Source: an uncultured Pseudomonadota bacterium (GTDB taxonomy: Bacteria; Vulcanimicrobiota; Vulcanimicrobiia; Eremiobacterales; Eremiobacteraceae). From it: 64,000 nucleotides of DNA. Positions 19,779 to 30,300 of the stretch are shown piece by piece. The notes under the pieces were generated by a model that saw nothing but the letters and a program-made list of their open reading frames with translations, was not told where the DNA came from and made no database searches. Position numbers and translations under genes: made by a program. The DNA is taken from contig CAVTNB010000001.1 of NCBI GenBank assembly GCA_963736005.1, forward strand, positions 32,001-96,000, read 5' to 3'. Within the stretch, counting starts at the first letter, position 1. Every line of letters begins with the position of its first letter.

Positions 19779-20140
19779 GGCGTGACAACAACGGTCAGCG
19801 TCATATCAGCATGACCGGGCCCACACACCACCGCGCAATGCAGAACGTACGTTCCGGGCTTGGTTGGCGTGAAGGTAACGAGCTCAAAGCCGCTCGGGGA
19901 GATGGTCGTTTTTGCAATGCCAAGATCGTTTGACTCAAGACCATGGACCCCGGATGAAGAAGTCAGACGAAGCGTGGTCGGCTCGTTGACGGGGATGGTA
20001 ATCTTCGCCGGGGTAAACTTCCAATTCGATGCCACAATGTCGATGGTTGGATGCGCAAGTGCTATGCTCGCAGCGACCACCACCACACCGACGCTCGCGA
20101 CGAGCGCCCAGATAACCTTATGAAATGCTCGATTCGTCAT
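19775..20140 (-). CDS. Exported cupredoxin with CuA-type ligand set
   Basis: Signal peptide, VHG...CAVVCGPGHADM (H...CxxxCxxxHxxM), AAGGAG RBS. Confidence 0.85.
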   Translation of the reverse strand: MTNRAFHKVIWALVASVGVVVVAASIALAHPTIDIVASNWKFTPAKITIPVNEPTTLRLTSSSGVHGLESNDLGIAKTTISPSGFELVTFTPTKPGTYVLHCAVVCGPGHADMTLTVVVTP

Positions 20141-20227
20141 TTTCCGGTATCTCCTTATAGTCATTAACTTAACGAACGTTCTTGATAAAAGTGTCGGCCC
20201 AAGCATGCCATAAGGCGGTCCAGGGGG

Positions 20228-20244
20228 TGTGAATTGGATATGAA
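20228..20244 (-). promoter_or_regulatory. Candidate OmpR/PhoB-type direct-repeat box
   Basis: TTCATA-N5-TTCACA (11-bp period) upstream of the cupredoxin gene. Confidence 0.35.
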
Positions 20245-20273
20245 GGCACGAGAAAAGTCGCCGTTCCTTCACA

Positions 20274-21905
20274 TCACCACGTTCTCATACCTGGCGCGCC
20301 GTAGGGATGGGCGGCGATGAGGTCGTGGACCGGGCCGGCATAGGCAAGGAACGCGAACACCACGGCAACCACGGCCCAGACGCCAATTCGATCCAGGAGG
20401 GGAGAGGTTACGAGCGCCTCGGGTTCGACCGTTGCGAAAACGATGGGATCTGTCTCCGTCTTTGGCGTGAAGAGCGTGCCCACGGCCACTGCGACAAACA
20501 TCAGAATACTCAAGAACAGAATGGAACCGCCGATTGCGGCCCAGTGCATTTCGGGCATCCACGCGGCCGCAGTGGTCGAGCCAAAGTAACTGACCTCATC
20601 CGTGCGTCGAGGCGATCCCAAGATGCCGGCCCAGTGCATGGCAGTCGACATGATCATCATGCCGATGAACCACGCATACGTTTGCGCAAGCGCCAAGCCC
20701 GGCGCCCATAACTTGCGCCCGGTGAGCCGTGGGATCAGCCAGTACGACACCCCGAGAAAAGACAATGCCACTGGACCACCCACCGTCACGTGAAAATGCC
20801 CGACAATCCACATCGTGTTATGCACGATCGTGTCCATGGCGTACGACGCGTTGATCACCCCGCCGAGACCGCCAAAAATGAAGAGCAGCATCCCTAAGGC
20901 AGGGCCGCTGAACGCGGGGTTCTTCCACGGCAGCCAAGCGATCGTCGCAAAGAATCCTTTGACGCCGCCACGCTGGGCTGCGAGTTCGAACGACGCGAAC
21001 ACGGCAAAGGCAGTGAGAATCGACGGGATGACGACGCCATAGGTCGTCATGGTGTGCACCCACTTCCAGTCTGAGGAGATTCCCGGCTCCATGAACTCGT
21101 GGTGCAGACCAACCGGCGTTGACAGCAAGAGCAGAAGAATGAACGTGAGTCTGGTCAATGAATCGCTAAAAACTCTTCCGTTGTAGAGTCGGGGCACGAT
21201 GTTGTACCAGATCAAATACGCACCCATGATCCAGAAGTAGACGAGCGGATGTCCAAAATACCAAAACAGCATGCGCGTGAACATAACGTTCACGGTTGGC
21301 ACCAAGTTGAGCGACCACGGGATGAGGAAAAAGAGCATCTCCGCCGCGACGCCTAGCGTTGCGATGAACCACATCACAAATGTGGTCACCGAACCATGAA
21401 CCACCAGCGGCAGTCGCTCGCCTGGGTGATTTCGCCCAAACCATAACGCATTGCCAGCCAGATCGATGAGCACGATCCAGGTTCCAACGACAAGCAGCGT
21501 GGCGCCGATATAAAACCACGGGCTGGCCTTCAGTGGGGCGTAAAAGGTGTAGAGTACGCTGGCGCTGCCGGAGAGAATCGCGATGGCAGCCATCGCGGAG
21601 CCAATGGCCATGACCCAAAAGGCGAGCCACCCGATGGTGAGGGAGCGGTTGCGCGGGATGGCGCGGTACACCATGAGCGTTGCGAGACCGCAGATGAAGA
21701 ACGTGGTGAAGACAATAGCGTTGAGCACGCCGTGGGCCGTGAGCATGCGATAATAGTCAAACCAGGAGGGCAGACGCAGCCAACTCGCCCGCGAGAGCGC
21801 TTGGAACAAGCCGAAGCTCGCGCCGACCATAAGGGCGATCGTCGCAAAGTAGATGTGGGCGATAATAAGCCGATTCTCACGTTGTACGAGCGGCTGATCC
21901 ATCAT
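20274..21905 (-). CDS. cbaA: ba3-type (family B) heme-copper oxidase subunit I
   Basis: YYRMLTAHGVLNA, FWYFGHPLVY, GLHHEF, HNTMWIVGHFH motifs. Confidence 0.92.
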   Translation of the reverse strand: MMDQPLVQRENRLIIAHIYFATIALMVGASFGLFQALSRASWLRLPSWFDYYRMLTAHGVLNAIVFTTFFICGLATLMVYRAIPRNRSLTIGWLAFWVMAIGSAMAAIAILSGSASVLYTFYAPLKASPWFYIGATLLVVGTWIVLIDLAGNALWFGRNHPGERLPLVVHGSVTTFVMWFIATLGVAAEMLFFLIPWSLNLVPTVNVMFTRMLFWYFGHPLVYFWIMGAYLIWYNIVPRLYNGRVFSDSLTRLTFILLLLLSTPVGLHHEFMEPGISSDWKWVHTMTTYGVVIPSILTAFAVFASFELAAQRGGVKGFFATIAWLPWKNPAFSGPALGMLLFIFGGLGGVINASYAMDTIVHNTMWIVGHFHVTVGGPVALSFLGVSYWLIPRLTGRKLWAPGLALAQTYAWFIGMMIMSTAMHWAGILGSPRRTDEVSYFGSTTAAAWMPEMHWAAIGGSILFLSILMFVAVAVGTLFTPKTETDPIVFATVEPEALVTSPLLDRIGVWAVVAVVFAFLAYAGPVHDLIAAHPYGAPGMRTW

Positions 21906-22363
21906 TGCACCGCGACCGAGCCGTACATGAAATGATGCCCCGCGCCACAGTATTCATTGCAGAGCAACAAATACGTGCCAGCCGTGCGGAACGTATGCGT
22001 CGCTTCACTGACCCATCCCGGAATCACCATGAGGTTGACCGCAGTGTTCGGGATAAAGAATCCATGCACGACATCCGGACTCGTCGCATAAAACGTCACC
22101 GTCGAGCCGACGGGAACCGCGATCGTTGACGGTTGGAATGAAAAGATGTGCGCGATCACATAGTCGTCGTATTGGTGCGCGCCCGTTTGGTGCAGGCCAG
22201 GCTTGTCAAAAGGCGCTGTCTGAGCCACTTTCGTTGGATCGATAATCTGCATGTGGCTCGGCGGTGCGATGTCGTCGTGCAAGGCCGCGACCCCCATGAT
22301 GCCCAGAAAAACCACCAGCGTGACGATGCCAAAAATCATCCACGCGCGCTCTGATTTGTGCAT
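21902..22363 (-). CDS. cbaB: ba3-type oxidase subunit II (CuA)
   Basis: Single TM helix, DVVHGF, CNEYCGAGHHFM. Confidence 0.92.
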   Translation of the reverse strand: MHKSERAWMIFGIVTLVVFLGIMGVAALHDDIAPPSHMQIIDPTKVAQTAPFDKPGLHQTGAHQYDDYVIAHIFSFQPSTIAVPVGSTVTFYATSPDVVHGFFIPNTAVNLMVIPGWVSEATHTFRTAGTYLLLCNEYCGAGHHFMYGSVAVQ

Positions 22364-22375
22364 GCTTCTCCCGGC

Positions 22376-22501
22376 CTACCAGCGTTGCAGCAGCAAGTGG
22401 AACATAAGCAACCAGACGATCACAAGCGCGGCGCCCAGAATGCTGACAAACTTGATTGTGGCCGGCAATGAAAATTGACCCGGCTCCGGGGTATTTTTCA
22501 T
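22376..22501 (-). CDS. cbaD: ba3-type oxidase small subunit IIa (41 aa, absent from the ORF track)
   Basis: MKNTPEPGQFSLPATIKFVSILGAALVIVWLLMFHLLLQRW; a single TM helix directly upstream of cbaB. Confidence 0.7.
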   Translation of the reverse strand: MKNTPEPGQFSLPATIKFVSILGAALVIVWLLMFHLLLQRW

Positions 22502-22504
22502 GCT

Positions 22505-23014
22505 CTAGATAATAGTCCGCTGGATTTCGCGCTCCTCTTTTCTGACATAGCTCGTCTGTTTATGGGGATGCTCAGCCGGTGCGGCATGGCAGACAAGCAC
22601 CGGAATGTGCGAGCGGCGCAAGATGCCTTCTGCGACGCTGCCGAGGAATGCCCGCGGGATGCCGCTTCTGCCATGACTGCCGATGACGATGAGATCCGCA
22701 TTGCGCTGACGCGCCAATTGGAGCACGGAAGAAACGCACTCGTCCTCGGGCTGCTCAAAAGATGCTTGGACATTGGCTTTTTCGGCCCAAGCTCGAGCAT
22801 CGTCTAAGATAGCGCTCCCAGCTTTGCACGCCGCGTCGATTGCCAAACCTGGATCTATCCCCCCCGGTCCGGTCATTGCGACCACTTTGTTTAACTCCAC
22901 AGCATGGACGAAAACAACCTCTGCCCTATTCTCACGCGCAATTCGCAGCGCGAGTTCAATAGCGGCGTCCGAGGGTTTCGATCCGTCAATCGGCACGAGT
23001 ATCTTGCTAAACAT
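22505..23014 (-). CDS. Universal stress protein (UspA family)
   Basis: KILVPIDGS...ADLIVIGSHGRSG...LGSVAEGILR...PVLV. Confidence 0.92.
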   Translation of the reverse strand: MFSKILVPIDGSKPSDAAIELALRIARENRAEVVFVHAVELNKVVAMTGPGGIDPGLAIDAACKAGSAILDDARAWAEKANVQASFEQPEDECVSSVLQLARQRNADLIVIGSHGRSGIPRAFLGSVAEGILRRSHIPVLVCHAAPAEHPHKQTSYVRKEEREIQRTII

Positions 23015-23152
23015 GGCGTTCCTCGCTCTCCAGAACACATAACTTCGTATCGCGTGGCTTTAGTATGCGTCCCACATATCCAGATCGAGCGAACGAGAGA
23101 TGAAGAAGGACGATTTCGAAGGGCGGAACGGTCAAGGCGGGTCTTGATTTTC

Positions 23153-23179
23153 CACTTACTTTGTGGTACAAAGTAAGTG
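23153..23179. promoter_or_regulatory. Perfect 12-bp inverted repeat, operator-like
   Basis: CACTTACTTTGT-GGT-ACAAAGTAAGTG overlapping the start of the downstream gene. Confidence 0.6.
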
Positions 23180-23479
23180 ATGTTCGACCGCAATCGTGGA
23201 CAGAAAATCCACCGTGTCAGCGGCGTGGTACTCATCGTCCTTTCGCTGATAGCATTGCTCTGCGTCCTTCCCTGGGGCGGCTTTGGGCCGCCTCAACCGG
23301 ATGAGGGCCCGCCGGCACATATTTTTCAGCTGTCAATCGTAGCGCTCGTACCGACAATCTTGCTCTTCCTGACGACGCTGGATTGGAAGCAGCCGCTACG
23401 AAGTATGCGACCGTTGATATTTGCTGGCGCCGCTTTAGTTCTCGCGTTTAGCATCCTGTATCACGTTGAGCATCCTTGA
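23177..23479 (+). CDS. Small three-TM membrane protein
   Basis: Hydrophobic helices around PQPDEGPPAHIFQL. Confidence 0.7.
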   Translation: MMFDRNRGQKIHRVSGVVLIVLSLIALLCVLPWGGFGPPQPDEGPPAHIFQLSIVALVPTILLFLTTLDWKQPLRSMRPLIFAGAALVLAFSILYHVEHP

Positions 23480-23697
23480 CAGCGTTGCGTCGATCCATCA
23501 TTTCACGACTCCCTCCTGATTTTGGACGCCAAAGTTTTGGGTCGCTGACGTGAGACGAGATTTCAGAAGCAACTAAGTTAGGACGCTCCTGCGCACATGG
23601 CAGGCGTGACGTCTGCAATAGGTCAAGGCCTTGCTTGAGGCTAGCATCCGCCTCACGCCAGAGGAGGCGCCCCCGCTAGGCCGAAGCGCCAATCGCT

Positions 23698-25182
23698 ATG
23701 AAAGCGGTCACGTGCTGCATTGTTGTGGCCGGTGCGCTCGCGCTCCTCGGTTTCGGTCCGGCCAGCGCTCACCAAGTGAATCCATCTGACCCGGGCGTAA
23801 AAAAGGCCTCCGCTCTCGATGCCCGACGACCGCTTGCTGCCGAGCTCAAAATGAGTGTGGTCGATGGATTCACGCTCACCACAGTCGGAGATCTCATCAT
23901 CTCGCGGCCGCTTTCCCAATATGCGGATCGAGAGCCAGGTTTCAAATCCGTGCTGGATATCCTCAATCAAGGCGATGCGCTCTACGGCAACATGGAAACA
24001 CCAATTCTCGACTTGCGAAATTTTAAGGGGTATCCATATTCGTTTGCCGGAGACTGGACGTTGAGCGCACTGCCCGCGGTCGCAAAAGATCTCAGAAAGA
24101 TGGGCTTCGATCTCGTCTCCCGCGCAAATAACCACGCTGAGGACTGGGGCATCGAAGGCATGCGCGAGACAAGCCGGTGGCTCGACGACGCCGACATCGT
24201 ATGGGCCGGTGTAGGAGAAGACCGGGGCCTTGCGCGTGCGCCTGCATTCTTCGAGAGTCGAAAAGGACGCATCGCGATCGTCTCGTTTGCCTCGACCTAC
24301 CTTCCCACCGCGGCGGCCCTTCCCGCAGAGGGTGCGGCCTCCGGGCGTCCGGGCGTAAGCGCACTCACCGTCACGCAATACGTCGATGTACCACGCCATC
24401 TTATGAGCGCGCTCGCCGACGCTTCATGCCGCTTGCAAAAACTCAACTGCGGCAAGGTGCCTCAGTCGCTCTCACTCTTTGCACAGAACTTCAAGCTCGC
24501 TAATTCATTCGGCTATGAGTACGCGATGGATCCTGAGGATCAGGCGGAGATCTACCACAACATACGAGAGGGCAAACAAAACGCGGACTTTCTCGTTGCT
24601 ACCATCCACTCACACGAATGCTCGCTGGACTGCGACGATCCGAACAAACCTGAACTCCCAGCCGGATTCCTGCGTACCCTTGCGCATAATGCTATCGATT
24701 CCGGCGCGGATGAGTTTATCACGACTGGCATTCATAATCTAGGGCCGATCGAGATTTACAAAGGGCGACCTATTTTTTATGGACTATCAAACTTCTTTTG
24801 GAGCGACATCCAGCTGCCGCTCTCTCACGATCTGTATCAGCAAAACCGGGCAGTATTAAATGAGGTCTTCGAACATCCTGAGCGAGCCACGAGTTGGGAT
24901 CTCTCTTCCCCACTCGATGTGTCGGGGGGCTTTGCGGAGCCGTTTATTTTTCAAACTGTTATCGCACAGACGGTGTTCGCCGGCGGCAGCCTGCAAAGAA
25001 TAAAGCTCTACGCCGTTGATCTTGGGTATGGCAAGAAGCTCACCGAGAGTGGTATTCCCAAGCTCGCCGATGCATCGGAGGCGCAAGTCATTTTCAAGCG
25101 CATCGCAGACGCAACAGCTCAATTCGGTTTGCCGCCCCTCAAGATGGCGATTGCTGGCAGCGTAGCCACTATCGAACCATGA
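23698..25182 (+). CDS. CapA/PGA_cap family metallophosphoesterase, exported
   Basis: VGDLI, GNMET, ANNHAEDWG, IHSHE, IEIYKGRPIFYGLSNF motifs. Confidence 0.88.
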   Translation: MKAVTCCIVVAGALALLGFGPASAHQVNPSDPGVKKASALDARRPLAAELKMSVVDGFTLTTVGDLIISRPLSQYADREPGFKSVLDILNQGDALYGNMETPILDLRNFKGYPYSFAGDWTLSALPAVAKDLRKMGFDLVSRANNHAEDWGIEGMRETSRWLDDADIVWAGVGEDRGLARAPAFFESRKGRIAIVSFASTYLPTAAALPAEGAASGRPGVSALTVTQYVDVPRHLMSALADASCRLQKLNCGKVPQSLSLFAQNFKLANSFGYEYAMDPEDQAEIYHNIREGKQNADFLVATIHSHECSLDCDDPNKPELPAGFLRTLAHNAIDSGADEFITTGIHNLGPIEIYKGRPIFYGLSNFFWSDIQLPLSHDLYQQNRAVLNEVFEHPERATSWDLSSPLDVSGGFAEPFIFQTVIAQTVFAGGSLQRIKLYAVDLGYGKKLTESGIPKLADASEAQVIFKRIADATAQFGLPPLKMAIAGSVATIEP

Positions 25183-25187
25183 GGTCT

Positions 25188-25215
25188 TCCACCGCGACGG
25201 TGACGTCGCGGTGGA
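25188..25215. terminator. 12-bp perfect hairpin between convergent genes
   Basis: TCCACCGCGACG-GTGA-CGTCGCGGTGGA. Confidence 0.6.
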
Positions 25216-25228
25216 GCTCGCATCCCTC

Positions 25229-26083
25229 CTAAGTCGCTACGAGAGTCTTAGACTGTTCGGCGACCGTGGTTGCGAATGCCAAAAGATCATCGTTGACTCG
25301 GTCCTTCATGGTGGAGCACAGACCGTGTGGGCCTCCCTTGTAGATCTTGAGTTCCGCATTCTTGATCAGTTTCGAAGAAAGCATCGCCGAAGCTGCAATG
25401 GGAACGATCTGATCGTCGTCTCCATGGATGATGAGCGTTGGAACGTCGATTTTCTTGAGATCTTCGGTGAAGTCGGTTTCGGAGAACTGCTTGATACAGT
25501 CATACGCGGCTGGGAAACCACAGAGCATTCCCTGAAGCCAAAAGGAATCCCGAAGGCCTTGCGACACCTTGGCGTCTGGGCGGTTGGCGCCGTAGAACGG
25601 CGCGCTAAGATCCTTAAAGAACTGCGAGCGGTCGGAGTGAACGCTGGAACGCAGGCCATCGAACACCTCGAGCGGCGTACCTTCGGGATTGGCGGCGGTC
25701 TTTAACATAAGCGGTGGAACGGCGCCGATCAACACAGCCGCGGCCACACGTTTTGAGCCGTGGCGGCGGATGTACCGGGTGACTTCGCCGCCTCCTGTGG
25801 AATGACCGACATGTATCGCATTCTTTAGATCAAGTGCCTCAACGAGCTCCGCGACATCGTCCGCGTACGTGTCCATATCATTTCCATCCCACGGCTGGCT
25901 TGACCGCCCGTGGCCGCGGCGATCATGAGCGACGCAGCGATATCCGTGAGATGAGAGAAAGAACATCTGGTCTTCAAAGGCATCAGCACTTAGTGGCCAG
26001 CCGTGACTAAAGACGATGGGTTGTCCAGTTCCCCAATCTTTGAAGTAGATTTCCGTCTTGTCATGCGTTTTAAGAATCGGCAT
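25229..26083 (-). CDS. cpo: Non-heme chloroperoxidase / arylesterase (alpha/beta hydrolase)
   Basis: [33 protein letters not shown] motifs. Confidence 0.9.
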   Translation of the reverse strand: MPILKTHDKTEIYFKDWGTGQPIVFSHGWPLSADAFEDQMFFLSSHGYRCVAHDRRGHGRSSQPWDGNDMDTYADDVAELVEALDLKNAIHVGHSTGGGEVTRYIRRHGSKRVAAAVLIGAVPPLMLKTAANPEGTPLEVFDGLRSSVHSDRSQFFKDLSAPFYGANRPDAKVSQGLRDSFWLQGMLCGFPAAYDCIKQFSETDFTEDLKKIDVPTLIIHGDDDQIVPIAASAMLSSKLIKNAELKIYKGGPHGLCSTMKDRVNDDLLAFATTVAEQSKTLVAT

Positions 26084-26284
26084 TGCTCATTCTCCTTTTT
26101 GAAAGAGCGTTGACGCCTACTTGCCGTTCGTCTTTTAATGTCCTCGCGGTCCACCAACTAGGCATACGTGTGTTCGCAATCGGGAAAGTAACTCGAACCC
26201 CACGATGAACATAGTCTCCGAGCAGATGACTCAGAACCTGTTTGACAGGGCCGCCTCATCGGGCGTGCCAATACACACGGCCTT

Positions 26285-27205
26285 ATGAGCACGCCTCAGG
26301 CGGGTATCTTCGCGTTAGGCGATCCGTCGCATAGCTTCATGGAACTCACCCTGCATAGCGACGCGTCAGCGAGTAACGCAGTTCGGGCAGTCGCAGATCT
26401 GCACGATCCCCGGAAGACCATCGAGGGTGTCAATCTCGTGGTCGGTTTTCGGCCCGAGTTATGGCGAAAGGTTGCCCCCGGCGATACGCCAGCTGATACG
26501 AAAGGCTTCGATCAGGCTATCGTGGGTTTCGACGGCTACACGATGCCAGCAACGCAAGCTGATATTTTCCTCTGGATTGCGGGCGCAGCTTACGATAACG
26601 TTTTCGACGTCGGGACCGCCATCGTCCAACGCCTCGGTTTGTTCTCGACGCTCGTACGCGAAGTCACCGGTTGGACATATCAACACAATCGCGATCTCAC
26701 TGGCTTTCAGGACGGAACCGAGAATCCCGATCTTGTCGCGGCGCCGGACGTTGTCCTCATCCCTGAAGGCGAACCGGGGGCCGGTGGAAGCATTGTGCTC
26801 GTTCAGCAATGGAAGCACAAGAGCGAGATATGGTTTGCACTTGAGGTCAGTGAGCAAGAGCGCGTCATCGGCCGAACGAAGGCCGACAGCATCGAATTCC
26901 CTGAAGATCGCATGCCGGCTGACTCACACGTGACGCGTACGACGCTGGTAGAGAATGGAGAAGAGCTCAAGATCTTTCGTCGCAACATGCCTTATGGCGG
27001 AGTTGGCGATCACGGCACGGTCTTCGTAGGCTTTGCCAAGCAGCAGCACCGCCTACAGCGAATGCTCGAACGCATGGCGGGCATCGGAGACGGAGTGCGC
27101 GATGGGCTTACACTTTACACGGTTCCGCTCAGCGGCTCGTACTATTTTGTACCGGCACTCTCAACACTTGCGACCCTAGCCACACCCGTTCTTGCATCAT
27201 CCTAA
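26285..27205 (+). CDS. Dyp-type peroxidase
   Basis: RDLTGFQDGTENP (GxxDG), SHV, IFRRNMPYG motifs. Confidence 0.92.
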   Translation: MSTPQAGIFALGDPSHSFMELTLHSDASASNAVRAVADLHDPRKTIEGVNLVVGFRPELWRKVAPGDTPADTKGFDQAIVGFDGYTMPATQADIFLWIAGAAYDNVFDVGTAIVQRLGLFSTLVREVTGWTYQHNRDLTGFQDGTENPDLVAAPDVVLIPEGEPGAGGSIVLVQQWKHKSEIWFALEVSEQERVIGRTKADSIEFPEDRMPADSHVTRTTLVENGEELKIFRRNMPYGGVGDHGTVFVGFAKQQHRLQRMLERMAGIGDGVRDGLTLYTVPLSGSYYFVPALSTLATLATPVLASS

Positions 27206-27275
27206 AGCGTTGCACAAACATCAAATGGCGGCCGCTGGGCAGAAAGATTGATTCAAGCCTCGGCAAAACGCGAAG

Positions 27276-27309
27276 TCGAACCGAGGCTCGGAATCGAGCC
27301 TCGGTTCGA
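27276..27309. terminator. 15-bp perfect hairpin between convergent genes
   Basis: TCGAACCGAGGCTCG-GAAT-CGAGCCTCGGTTCGA. Confidence 0.65.
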
Positions 27310-27317
27310 TTGGCGGG

Positions 27318-30300
27318 CTACAGACTAATCTTCGCCGTGAAGACCGCCTGCAGGGGCGATAGGAGCGGGTTTGGTTGGTACGGGAACTCGACCATTGGCT
27401 GGAACGTCGAGCCCGGATTGTAGATGTTCGCACCGTATTTCAGCGGTGCGCCGTAGCCTGGTAGATTGTAACCGCCTGAGCCAGTGGCTGAACCTCCACC
27501 CGCGCAACTCTTCGGCGCGCCAACTGTCCATGGTTCGGCGCTTCCGCCGAAGCAGGTATTGACAATGTTGGCCACATTCATCGCAAATGAGATGCGCGAC
27601 GAGGCTTGGTACGAGAGCTGGGCATGTAATAGTAGTTGGTTGGGCTGATGGAATGCACCGATACTGTCGAAGACGTGCGTGTAGGGATCGGGTATCGCAA
27701 CGGTACCTGTGCACTGGGTCGCATCGAAGGGCGTGCCCGTGCCACCGTATGGATAGCGCGGATCGCCGCTCACCGATGATGTAAGACCTGCCGGACAATC
27801 GGCGGGGTTGACGCCGTAGCCGCTCAGTGGGTCGCCGTAGTTGCCTCCCGACAGGAATTGCAACTGCGGCGAGATGGCCCATCTGTTGACCTTGTAGTTG
27901 AGCACGAGCGCGATTGTGTTCGGCACTTCGTACCCGTTTGCGGCGGCTTCAATGCCGCCTGGAATTGTGGCGAACGGGACGTAGCTTGCGCTCGGATCGA
28001 GTCGCGCTTGCACCGGTGCATTGAAATACGGGTTCGCCACGCCAGACGCTTCTGTCGCGATGGCGTTGGTTCCACCGAACGTTCCGCACAAGCTCGTCGT
28101 GCTCGAGTTGGCTGCGACACCTTGGCAGGCTTTTGTGAACGAGTTGTACTGCTGGATCGCGATATTGATCGTGTCGAGCACCGTACCACCCGTGCCAAGA
28201 GGTTTGAACTTGATGGTGCTGTGGTTGTACGTGTAGGCGAGCAACGCGGACAAGCCGTTTTGATTGAAGTTCCCCAAGTTGAGCTGGAACTCCACGCCGT
28301 CGGACGTCTGCTGACCAACGTTGAGGCCTGACACGAAGTTCGTCTTTTGGTTGAGGTAGAAGTTCTGGATCTGGTTCTGGGTGGTCCGGTAGTACGGCGT
28401 CAGCTTAAAGCTGGCTTGCGTCCCCTGGAACTGGTGTTCCCATGACAGATCGTAGTTGTCCGACGTCGGCGGGTAGATCGTATGCGTCGTCGTCGTGAAG
28501 CCGATCGGCCAGAAGTTGTTGGCCAGATAGGCGGGCAGGTCTTGTTGTAGCAAATTGTACTGTTCGAACGCGGTGTTGGGTGCCTGATCGTACCGGCCGG
28601 CGCTAAAGCGGAACACGTTGTCTTGGTTCGCCGTGAACGTCGCGCCGAGACGCGGCTGGAAAACCCAGAACCTCTCCGTGTCGTTCGGCAGGTTCGTCAT
28701 GGTCGCAGGCGTCGATTGAACTCCGTTGACCAGCGGACATGCTTGACCCACTCCGGCGTCGTTTGCGCTATTGTAGAACGGCACTTGACCGCCGCCAGGC
28801 AATACGCAATACGAGTTGTTCCATGCGTTGAACCAGAACGGGCGGGCGAGCGTCGCTGGAGACCCCGCAACCGCGTTCGTATCTGATAGTCCGTAGAAGA
28901 ACCTATCGTACCGAAGGCCGAGGTTGATAAACCATTGGCTGCTCGGTTTGATCTGGTCAGTCACAACGAACGATCCGAAGTTCGGCTGCGCGGAGTTGCC
29001 GCCACCGTAGCGGCCGTTCTCCGCTACCCACCACTCGCACGGTCCCGACCCGCATGACGCGGGAAGCGCAGGCAGTGGGGCGCCAGCGTGTGCCGCTGCC
29101 AAACCGAGCGCCAACGCGTTTGCCGAGTAGCAGCTTACCGCTGCGCCTGCAGCATTGTAGCAGATACCAGCACTTGGATTCTTCGCATTCACCGCGTATG
29201 CAAATGAATCGGCTCCGGTGTTCGGGTTGAGTCCGACCAGCTCGTTGATCATTGTCTCGTCGTTCGCACGATAGTCGATCGCGGCGAAGTCGGAGAGCTG
29301 GACGGTCAAGAGGTTCTTGTCGTTCAGCTGATCGCCGTATTGCATGCTGCCGCCGTTCGTGTTCGTCTTCACGTAATAGTTGAACGGGCAGTAGCCGATG
29401 AAGTTTGACGCCAGTGTGATGGGGCACGTCTGAGGCCATTCCGAGTAGTTTGAGAAGCCATAGATCGCGGAAGTACGCTTGGGAGCCGAAGTTGTGTTGA
29501 TACTGCAGTTTGAGAATGTTGTTTGGGTTGGCTGTTCCATCACGCTGGTTAAAGGGGATGGTCAACAAGCCGGTGCCGATGCTATTCGGGTTATACGCGA
29601 AGTAGACCGGTTCGTCATTTGCCTGTAGTCTGCCACAAGTGGTTCGCCCACAGAGCCAAGGTACTGAAAGCCTAACCCAAGACTGCCCGAAAGATAGGGA
29701 AACGCCGGCGCTCCGAATGCCGCCTGATAAGCCGGATTCGAGAATCCCCAGTCTGAGGACGAGCTATAGTAGAATTGGTTGAGATACGAAGTGTCGTAGA
29801 GCAACTGGATGTCGTCTTTGCCCGCGTCATTTCTGTGCGGGATGCCAAAGTGCAAGTTGATGACGTTCTCTCGGTCGTAGGAACTTGCCACGGTGTTCGC
29901 GTCGCCGCTATCCTGCGGAGGACCTAGCAGGTATCCACCAGGACCGATACCCGTCGCATAGCACGACGCGAAGTTCTGTTGCACAGCCAACGAAGCGGTC
30001 GCGCAACCTCCGGCCGGCGTGAGTTTTGCGAACGGTGCACCCCACTCGGATTGAAGGCTCGCGCCGTTGTTCTGATCAACAAACCTGAAGCCTTGGGCAG
30101 TATTTGTGCTCGCAACGTAATACGAGAAGTTGCGGTCAGGCGTCGCCCCGCCTACCTCGAAATTGTAGCCGTTATACAGGGTCGGCGTGCCGATGCCCAT
30201 GCTGAGCGTCGAGAATCCGGGATACGTTCCAGACTTAATGACCTGGTTGATATATCCCGATAGACCTTGGCCTTGCGCGTCTGCAGGCGCGGCCCCCGTA

